A DNA stretch of 64,000 nt, from contig NIVC01000037.1 of assembly GCA_002269645.1 (NCBI GenBank), positions 744,001 through 808,000 of the forward strand, written 5' to 3'. Source of the DNA: Macrostomum lignano. Its lineage: Eukaryota. This document shows, in pieces, positions 13,296 to 22,200 of this stretch (position 1 is the stretch's first letter; every line of letters begins with the position of its first letter). The position numbers and the translations under genes were made by a program. The notes under the pieces were generated by a model. It did no database searches. It was not told the origin of the DNA and was given only the letters and a program-made list of their open reading frames with translations.

Positions 13296-13736
13296 ATGGT
13301 GTCAAAAATCATGAAAGCCGGTCGCGTCGTGGTGGTGCTGTCCGGCAGGTACGCCGGTCGGAAGGCCTTCATCGTGAAGAACTACGACAAGTCCGGCTCT
13401 GACGAGAGCAGCGGCAAGTCCGGCCAGGACAAGCGCAACTACTCGCACTCTCTGGTTGTGGGAGTGGACCGCTATCCGCGCAAAATCACCAGGAGCATGG
13501 GCAAGAAGAGGGCCGCCAAGAAGACCAAGCTGAAGCCGTTCATCAAGATTATGAACCACAACCACGTGCTGCCAACTCGCTACGTTGTGGACACCACCTT
13601 CGACAGTAAAGTTGTGAACAAGGAGGCGTTCAAGGACGCCGCGGCCAAGCGCAAGGCAATGGCACTTGTCAAGAGCCTGGAGGAGAAGTACAAGGCGGGC
13701 AAGAACAAGTGGTTCTTCACCAAGTTGCGCTTCTAA
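13296..13736 (+). CDS. RPL27: 60S ribosomal protein L27 (eL27), copy A, uninterrupted 146-aa CDS
   Basis: [41 protein letters not shown] and C-terminal [16 protein letters not shown]. Confidence 0.97.
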   Translation: MVSKIMKAGRVVVVLSGRYAGRKAFIVKNYDKSGSDESSGKSGQDKRNYSHSLVVGVDRYPRKITRSMGKKRAAKKTKLKPFIKIMNHNHVLPTRYVVDTTFDSKVVNKEAFKDAAAKRKAMALVKSLEEKYKAGKNKWFFTKLRF

Positions 13737-14056
13737 CTTTGTGGCTATTGTTATTGTTAGGATTTACAACTCTGTAATATACGACTCACAGTGAGATTGA
13801 TGAACTGTTCTCGCCTGTTTTAGCGAGTGTCCGAGAAATGTTTATGGTTTTATTCATTTTTTCTCCACTTTTCTAGTAAAACAACTTTTATGCGGGATAG
13901 GTTGGAAATCTACTTAAAATATTTCAAATAAATTGTAAATTGCAATCCCGAAATGATTTCCTGTTCTCCTGTTCATGCCAGTCAGCTTACTGCCGCCCTA
14001 CGGATTAATCAAATTTGACTAAAAGCAGATAAGGAGAATTACAAAGACTGAAACAA

Positions 14057-14533
14057 ATGGCCGCCGGGTCCGCAAACATTCTGAGCCGCCGCCTACAGAA
14101 GGAACTAATGGAGGTCATGACAGTTGGCGAGAAGGGCCTGTCAGCATTTCCCGAGGGCGAGAATCTCACTCGATGGACGGCCACACTGGAGGGTCCCGCC
14201 GGCACGCCGTACGAAGGCGACGTTTACAAACTGTCGCTGGAGTTCCCGGCCGATTACCCCTATAAGAGTCCCGTTGTCCGCTTCACTACTCCCTGCTTTC
14301 ATCCCAATGTAGACCAGTACGGCAACATCTGCTTGGACATTCTCAAGGAGAACTGGAGCGCCCTGTACACCGTGCGCACCATCCTGCTGTCCTTGCGATC
14401 TCTACTTAACGAGCCCAACAATGACAGTCCGTTGAACGCGCAGGCCGCCAGTCTGTGGTGCAATCCGGCCAAATTCGCCGAGAAGAAGCGCGCCTTTCAG
14501 GAGCAGCAGCGCAGCGCTTCAACTAAGTCCTGA
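14057..14533 (+). CDS. UBE2C: Ubiquitin-conjugating enzyme E2 C (UbcH10-like, APC/C E2), uninterrupted 158-aa CDS
   Basis: RRLQKELMEVM..GEKGLSAFPEGENL, YKLSLEFP.DYPY, FHPNVDQYGNICLDILKENWSALY.VRTILLSL; the catalytic HPN..C motif is intact. Confidence 0.9.
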   Translation: MAAGSANILSRRLQKELMEVMTVGEKGLSAFPEGENLTRWTATLEGPAGTPYEGDVYKLSLEFPADYPYKSPVVRFTTPCFHPNVDQYGNICLDILKENWSALYTVRTILLSLRSLLNEPNNDSPLNAQAASLWCNPAKFAEKKRAFQEQQRSASTKS

Positions 14534-14680
14534 GAGACCGGATTCTATGTTGGCTAGCCTTCTGTATTTCATAGAATAACACATAGCTGCAGATTGACTT
14601 TTGCTAATTGTTTTTCATTTAGTAATTCTAGTTTTAGTAACTAAAATATAACAATTTGGCTACTTTCTTACACAACCCCC

Positions 14681-14757
14681 GTATAAAAGTGGGGCGGTCA
14701 CAATGGAGGGTCACAAAACGGTCACATAGTCAAAATGTGACCGTCCCACTTGTATAC
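14681..14757. mobile_element. 77-bp hairpin or micro-MITE with 22-bp inverted repeats (2 mismatches)
   Basis: GTATAAAAGTGGGGCGGTCACA versus TGTGACCGTCCCACTTGTATAC; related GACGGTCAC-rich sequence at 10800-11000. Confidence 0.55.
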
Positions 14758-14765
14758 GTACAATT

Positions 14766-15289
14766 GACAGATATTAAAATAACTAGATTGGCGTGTGAGT
14801 TCAGTAGCAAGGAAATATATATAAACTGTTTTATGAAAAGAAATGGTCAGTTAAAGATAATTTTAATAGGTTTAGAAGTCCGGTAGAGAAACGCACGGTT
14901 TGTGGGTTTAAGCTGGTAGTTGAGTTAAGAGGTTGTAGTCTAGTGGTCAGAGCGTCGGACTCCCGACTTGAAGGTCTTTGGTTCGATTCCCGATCCCACT
15001 AGAACAATTTGTGTCATTGAGCAGGACACTTAACTCTGCTTTGCTTCAGTTCACCCAGCTGTAAAATGGGTGCCAGCATTAGCTGGGGTAATTGAGGTTA
15101 TGTATCAACACCCCCCTCAGTCCTTGGACTGAACAGCCGTACGCAGCCTTCAGATGCGCCGCGCAATAGCTGCGGCTGAGAAGAGCCAATAAAATAATCA
15201 ATGTATTTTTGTCTTAACTTACTACTGAACTGACAGTAGCTTAAACGCATATGCGCTGAATGGCCTAACTAGTTATATTAGTATATGTG
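14766..15289. mobile_element. Degenerate CACAG-terminus MITE (copy 3), interrupted by a SINE
   Basis: The left end GACAGATATTAAAATAACTAGATTGG and right end CTACTGAACTGACAGTAGC...AACTAGTTATATTAGTATATGTG match the element at 17555-17910. Confidence 0.7.
14929..15180 (+). mobile_element. tRNA-derived SINE with CORE-like central domain, copy 1
   Basis: A box TAGTCTAGTGG and B box GGTTCGATTCC; the acceptor stem does not pair. Followed by GTGTCATTGAGCAGGACACTTAACTCT...CAGTTCACCCAGCTGTAAAATGGG, which resembles the CORE domain. A second copy lies at 24884-25088 on the - strand. Confidence 0.8.
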
Positions 15290-16195
15290 TCGCAATATGG
15301 GTAGTTGGGCCTTTTGTGCATGCATTCGTACGGTTAGAATAATTTTATGTATCTATTAAAGGATTGAGTTTTGCCAGCTGACTAATATTATACACTGTCG
15401 CTTCCACATTCGCCTGTGCGTGAGTTAGCGGCTACTGTATAATTAATTCAATTTGCTTGTCATTAATTAATTAACTTTAATATGCATGCTAATGTAGCTT
15501 TTTATCAGTTTTCAAGCAACCCACTTTCTATTGAATTGAATATTACAATAATATAGCTGTGCTCATTTTTTATCTTTTATTACTTAAGGCGTTGTAATTA
15601 GTTTCTTTTTTAACTAATTGCAATCAAATATTTTTACTGCTAAAATATGCACTTTTTGTAAAAAAATATTGTTAATCCTTTTCCCTTGAAGTTATTAATT
15701 TCAAAAAATTATTTCACTTGAGGGACGCTGGCGTGTGTGATTTCTCTATGCATTCATCTGTCACTGTGTCACTTTTTTATTAGCTCTTAGTGCCGCAACA
15801 TTTTTTGCTGTATTATAATATTAGTTAGCCCCGTGTAAATTATCTGTGTTCTGTAACTCACGTCCTTGGCTCCTTAACGCCTTAAGCTTTCTAATTATTT
15901 ATATCATTTTGCACGCGAATAATCACAATTTTATGTTATGCCTAATTATGTTTCTGCTAGCCAGCACCAATTGAATAGTGTGCTCTGGTGTACATTAGAT
16001 TGAGGGGCAAAGTTTTTACGTTGCCCCTGCTCTTTGTTTAATCTCTTTATAACTGGCAACACTAGTTATTTCATTATTATTATGATTGCACTGTCACTTT
16101 GATACTACTCAATACCCCTGCACAGCAGTAGCGCGATTCGGACCACATGCTCTATAATTGTTACTTATTCAAAATTACAACCTAGCTATTGGCTG

Positions 16196-16329
16196 CAGGC
16201 CAGGTGAGAGAGGAGAGGAGAGAATAGAGAGGAGATATGGGATGAGAGAGATGAAAAAAGAGAGCTGAGAAGAGACTTTTGTGAAGTTTCAAAGGACCCG
16301 AGGGCCGGGTAGGAGTTTGCCGACCCCTG
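16196..16329. mobile_element. 5'-truncated copy of the hAT-type MITE
   Basis: Shares GAGCTGAGAAGAG..GTGAAGTTTCAAAGGA.CCGAGGGCC and the terminus AGTTTGCCGACCCCTG with 18562-18807. Confidence 0.65.
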
Positions 16330-16913
16330 TGTTGCACTTTCCACTGGCTGGGGCAGTATTCAGAGGCAGTTACTACGCTACCCTTCTATTCGCTGTACAA
16401 AAAATCGATTTTTTTAAATCCGTTATTTCATAAATCCAATAAAAATTATTCTAACCCTGGAACTGACCTATAAATGGCTTGTATCTATTATACTCCTTAT
16501 GTTCTTTATCATTACACTTGATACTCTATAAATAATGTATGACTCTTACTTATCATTTTATATAATAGTAGGTCCTATTTATTTAAATCGTATATACGCG
16601 TATTAATACAAAATTTCTGGTCAATCCTTTACTTGTTTGTTTTTATTATTTTAAATTCTGACAACAACAATTCGACTCATTGCTCGTGTAAACTGCACAT
16701 AAAATATGTCGTGCGATTTCTTTACAATGAATAAATATTATTATATACATTGACTGATGCTCCAAAGTCTGCTTGCTGCCTTTTTTCAATCAATTTCTTG
16801 TTTTTAATCCCTAATGCTAGGGTTTTTAGTATTGAAATCCTGGACTTCCGTATCCTGTCCCAAGTTGCGCACCGATCCACCTCCACCTTGCAGACCTGCT
16901 CCCCGCAGCAATA

Positions 16914-17354
16914 ATGGTGTCAAAAATCATGAAAGCCGGTCGCGTCGTGGTGGTGCTGTCCGGCAGGTACGCCGGTCGGAAGGCCTTCATCGTGAAGAAC
17001 TACGACAAGTCCGGCTCTGACGAGAGCAGCGGCAAGTCCGGCCAGGACAAGCGCAACTACTCGCACTCGCTGGTTGTGGGAGTGGACCGCTATCCGCGCA
17101 AAATCACCAGGAGCATGGGCAAGAAGAGGGCCGCCAAGAAGACCAAGCTGAAGCCGTTCATCAAGATTATGAACCACAACCACGTGCTGCCAACTCGCTA
17201 CGTTGTGGACACCACCTTCGACAGTAAAGTCGTGAACAAGGAGGCGTTCAAGGACGCCGCGGCCAAGCGCAAGGCAATGGCACTTGTCAAGAGCCTGGAG
17301 GAGAAGTACAAGGCGGGCAAGAACAAGTGGTTCTTCACCAAGTTGCGCTTCTAA
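16914..17354 (+). CDS. RPL27: 60S ribosomal protein L27 (eL27), copy B, protein identical to copy A
   Basis: Two synonymous differences from copy A (TCT/TCG, GTT/GTC) by manual comparison. Confidence 0.97.
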   Translation: MVSKIMKAGRVVVVLSGRYAGRKAFIVKNYDKSGSDESSGKSGQDKRNYSHSLVVGVDRYPRKITRSMGKKRAAKKTKLKPFIKIMNHNHVLPTRYVVDTTFDSKVVNKEAFKDAAAKRKAMALVKSLEEKYKAGKNKWFFTKLRF

Positions 17355-17554
17355 CTTAATAGACTGGCTGATTTATTGACAAATTGTTGTTTGCTCCAAA
17401 GGACTCAGAATAAAAGTGATTTGTAAAAGCAGCGTTGATAACTGTTGGCTTCGACTGGATTGAAATGCTTCTTTTGGAATGAAAGGCTTCCTTCGCGTTT
17501 CGACTTCTTTGCTAACGTTAGCCGATAGTTAGCAATAAAAACCCTAGTTTCGAT

Positions 17555-17910
17555 CACAGATACTAAAATGACTAGATGGGCTACTCAGGCATATATACTT
17601 AGTAAAACAGCTTTCTACCTTCAGTTCAGTAGCAAAGAAGAATACATAAGCTATTTTATAAAAATAAAGGCAGCTGAAATGACTTAATAATGTACATTAG
17701 CCAGTCCGAAAAAGGCAATAAAATTTTGGGCGGGGTGGCGGTAGTTTGGAAAGGTGCCGTTGGAGGGTTTAAGCTGGGGGGGTAAGAGCCAATAAATGAG
17801 CCTTGGCTTTAAAAAAACAATATAATGCTTCTGTCCAACCTACTACTGAACTGAAAGTAGGTTACACGCAAGTGTGCTGAGTGGCCCATCTAGTTATTCT
17901 AGTATCTGTG
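17555..17910. mobile_element. MITE with CACAG...CTGTG termini and 34-bp or longer inverted repeats (copy 1)
   Basis: Left CACAGATACTAAAATGACTAGATGGGCTACTCAG versus right reverse complement CACAGATACTAGAATAACTAGATGGGCCACTCAG (3 mismatches). Flanks GTTTCGAT and GTTCGATG are a near-duplication. Confidence 0.8.
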
Positions 17911-18561
17911 GTTCGATGCAATAGTCATTCAGTTAATTTAGATTGCTTTTGCTTTAGACCACTTCAGTCCTACGAATACAGATCGGCCCCTTGCTCATGA
18001 GCCGTTCCAATTCCAAGGTATCAAAATGTCTTGCATTTGTGTCGCCGGAGTTATTTCGAGTTTATTATCAACCAGACTGACAAACATTCGCTATCTTCAC
18101 TTATTCGTTGGCGAATCGAGTCGGCATGTACAATTGATTCTTTATATATTTGCTATGAAAGAAATAAGATGCGAAATGAAAAGTTAGCTAAGTGCTTGCT
18201 TTGGGTGCTTCCGGCCTCCGGCTGTCCGTCGGTTCTGGTGCAGTATCGTATACAGAGTTTTGCTAGCAATCAAAATGACACAGAAAAGTAAATATTGTAT
18301 TGCACTGTACTCAGTGTGTAAAAATAGCCAATGCTTATATCCCTGGTTTGTTAATCTGGTTTAGAATAAAATTTAGTAATATAAGGATAACAAATGACAA
18401 TGCTCCATGAACTTTATCTTCAATTATAATTATGTACTCGTAACAGAATATCCTAGAATAGATGAACAACAGAAATATTATATTTGTAAGCATTTTCATG
18501 AGCCACGGTTACGGAACGCAAAAGATAAGTACGAATGAATGTGCAGTTTGAGAATTTAAAG

Positions 18562-18807
18562 CAGGGGTCCGATTGGCAAACTTTACCTCAAGGGCCAGGT
18601 TAGGAATCTTGCTTAAATAAGAGTTGGGATGAGAAAGAAGAGAAAATAGATAAAATGAGGGATAGAGAGAAGATGAGAGGAGCTGAGAAACGAGAGAAGA
18701 GGGGAGAAAAGGTATTACAGAGCTGAGAAGAGGATTGCTAATGTGAAGTTTCAAAGGATCCGAGGGCCCGATACAGAGGCTTCGCGGCCGAAGTTTACCG
18801 ACCCCTG
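18562..18807. mobile_element. hAT-superfamily MITE, 246 bp
   Basis: Termini CAGGGGT...ACCCCTG with a perfect 8-bp target site duplication ATTTAAAG (18554-18561 and 18808-18815); GA-rich interior; no ORF. Confidence 0.85.
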
Positions 18808-19265
18808 ATTTAAAGCCAGTCAAATTGTCTCAAATCGCGTTGTAATCTTGTGCAAACGGGACCGGACACTTGTCTTGAATACTCATTGGGGTTTTCTCAG
18901 CAGGGAAATGGGAATGACCAGCTCTTTATAAACGGATCGTGCTTGAAGACGTTGGGAATTTCTAGTCTTGGTTTTTAGTGTCGCATGCCTACACAAGTTA
19001 GCTGACTAGGGAGATTCCGCTATATGCGAACGGTATATGATTTATTGTAAAACTAAACTGGTCCTAAATCCTAATGACGCTAAACAATGTATTAGATTGA
19101 AATAATATCGTTAACAATATTGATCGGCCTTTGACTGTGTGTGCAGCGAATAGTTGGCCTCTCCGTCAGCCTTGCCTCCGTTAAACTTGTCTGAAATCGG
19201 GTGTTGATTAGTTTTTGATAATTTGGCTGCAAGAGGCCCACTGCAGTGCGCACGCAATTCACGAC

Positions 19266-22200
19266 TTACGATGACTCGCGCCCATCGGATCTTGAGAGGC
19301 TTATCAGCAGCCGCTGCCGTTCTGGCGTCAGCTCCTGGCTGGCCGGGAATGTCCCAACCTCCCCGCCGCCTCCGCTATCGTCTGCTGAGCTGCTCCTCGA
19401 CTGCTGGTGGTGTTGCTGTTGATAAAGTGTAGACTCCGAGTCTAGCCGGATTGGCTGTGAAGACTCCGCTGCGGCCGTCGCGCCGCGCAGGCCGTCCAGT
19501 TCGCTGCTGCTGTGCGCGCAGTGCAGCGTCGGTCTGGTCCGAGCGGCCGGCTCTGAGAGCCACCGTTCCGGCTGCGACGGCGGCGGCAGCTTCGGCGAAA
19601 CTGGCCGCGCCGCAATCGCCGAGTCGAAAGAATGATGATTACAACGTGGACAAGTCGCGGCGCTTGCCTGCTGCAGGGCGCTCGACTTCGGCGGCGGCTG
19701 CGGCAGGAGCTGCAGCTGGCGCAGCAGGGCCTCTCGGGCGCGCCGGAGCCGCTCAAGCCAGTCGTCGCACTGGCGCTGGTCCTGGGCGGCCAGGCACAGC
19801 AGGCTGTCGATGCTGCCAAAATCCGACAGTACGGCGGCTACGAACGAGTCTGATGATTGAATCAAGGATTACATGTAGTTGGCTATATAGCCACAAGAAC
19901 CGCTGACAATCTGCAAGAACCAACAGTTTGCTCACCAAGCTCAAAACTGCTTACTCAAGAGTCTTGCGTACATCATATAAAATGAGATGCGCTTCACACA
20001 CGAGCGTAAATCCGTAGAAGTGAAACAGTAAACAGTAATAGAATTACTTGATTTTCAAGCTATTCGGACCGCTAGTAGATAGTAGGAAAATTATCGACAA
20101 AGAATTACTCTTATGCTGTGCATAAACATTTCTCTAATCACTCACTGCTGCCATCGCCCAGTCTGTGGGTGACCAGTTTGTCCAGTCGGATCGGAGACCT
20201 CAGCGGGCGCAAACTTGGCCTCTTAGAGCCGCGGGCCAGCAGCAGCATGTCGGTGAACAGCAGGCACCGCGCCTCGCTCCACTGCGGATTCGGTGGGAAC
20301 CGGGTTGTGAGACTTGAGGTAAATGAATATAATCAAAGACCTGACCTACATACGCGATCCAACATGTGACACCTCTATCTTACAGTTACAGGTGACTCTC
20401 GTGTCTAACATGTGACACCTTTATCTTACAGGTGACTCCCGTGTCTAACATGTGACACCTCCATCTTACAGGTGACTCCCGTGTCTAACATGTGATACCT
20501 TTATCTTACAGGTGACTCCCGTGTCTAACATGTGACACCTTTATCTTGAAGAGGACTCCCGTGTCTAGCAAGTGACACCTTTATCTTACAGGTGACTCGA
20601 TCCCGTGTCTAACATGTGCTTCTCTCTTAGAGGCAAAATCCATTTTAACTGGTGTTAGAGGGGGGGTGTCACTTGTAGCACGTGAGCCATGAAGCCACCC
20701 ACATCAGATGCAGTAGCCATCCAATACCTTGCCTCGCTCGTCCTTCAGCCGCAGGTCGCCCTCAAATATCTTTCTACGCTGCTGGCCATTGTGCTGCATG
20801 GGCCTCAGCAGGCTGAGCCGGTACCGCTCCATAAGGCTTGAACAATCCTCGCCAAACGAGTCTATCGCATCCTGTAGCTTGGCGTCTTCCTCGAGCTTAT
20901 CGGCCACCACTCGAACCTCGTCTTCGTCCGTCTTTTTCTGGTAGCGACTGTTCAGCTGGCTGCAGAATTCCGTTACTTTGAGGATCTGCAGCAGTTTAGT
21001 TGCAGAAATCTGCACTACGAGTATACAGTACAACTGCGAACACGTTGCAATGCTTTTAATGCGATCAAAACTCAACCTTGACCTCCCCCAAAGCTATAGG
21101 CTGTCTTACCCGCCACCCCATCACTCACCCTCTCCAAAGCCATGCTGTCTTACCCGCCACCCCATCACTCACCCTCCCCAAAGCCATGCTGTCTTACCCG
21201 CCACCCCATCACTCACCCTCTCCAAAGCCATGCTGTCTTACCCGCCACCCCCATCACTCACCCTCCCCGATGCTAGGCTGTCTTACCCGCTACCCCCGTC
21301 TCTCACCCTCCCCGATGCTAGGCTGCCTCACCCGCCACCCCATCATTCACCCTCCCCGATGCTAGGCTGCCTCACCCGCCACCCCATCACTCACCCTCCC
21401 CGATGCTAGGCTGCCTCACCCTCCCCGATGCTAGGCTGTCTTACCCGCCACCCCATCACTCACCCTCCTCGGGGCTAGGCTGCCTCACCCGCCACTCTAT
21501 CACTCACCCTCCCCGATGCTAGGCTGCCTCACCCGCCACCCCCAGCACTCACCCTCCCCAAAGCTAGGCTGCCTCACCCGCCACCCCATCACTCACCCTC
21601 CCCGATGCTAGGCTGCCTCACCCGCCACCCCATCACTCACCCTCCCCGATGCTAGGCTGCCTTACCCGCCACCCCCAGCACTCACCCTCCCCGATGCTAG
21701 GCTGCCTCACCCGCCACCCCATCACTCACCCTCTCCAAAGCCATGCTGTCTTACCCGCCACCCCATCACTCACCCTCTCCAAAGCTATGCTGTCTTACCC
21801 GCCACCCCATCACTCACCCTCTCCAAAGCCATGCTGTCTTACCCGCCACCCCAGCACTCACCCTCCCCAAAGCTAGGCTGCCTCACCCGCCACCCCATCA
21901 CTCACCCTCCCCGATGCTAGGCTGCCTCACCCGCCACCCCATCACTCACCCTCCCCGATGCTAGGCTGCCTTACCCGCCACCCCCAGCACTCACCCTCCC
22001 CGATGCTAGGCTGCCTCACCCGCCACCCCATCACTCACCCTCTCCAAAGCCATGCTGTCTTACCCGCCACCCCATCACTCACCCTCTCCAAAGCTATGCT
22101 GTCTTACCCGCCACCCCATCACTCACCCTCTCCAAAGCCATGCTGTCTTACCCGCCACCCCATCACTCACCCTCCCCAAAGCCATGCTGTCTTACCCGCC

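Noticed and set aside
14929-15002. Functional tRNA gene
   Set aside because: The acceptor stem cannot pair and the sequence continues into a SINE body that has a second copy.
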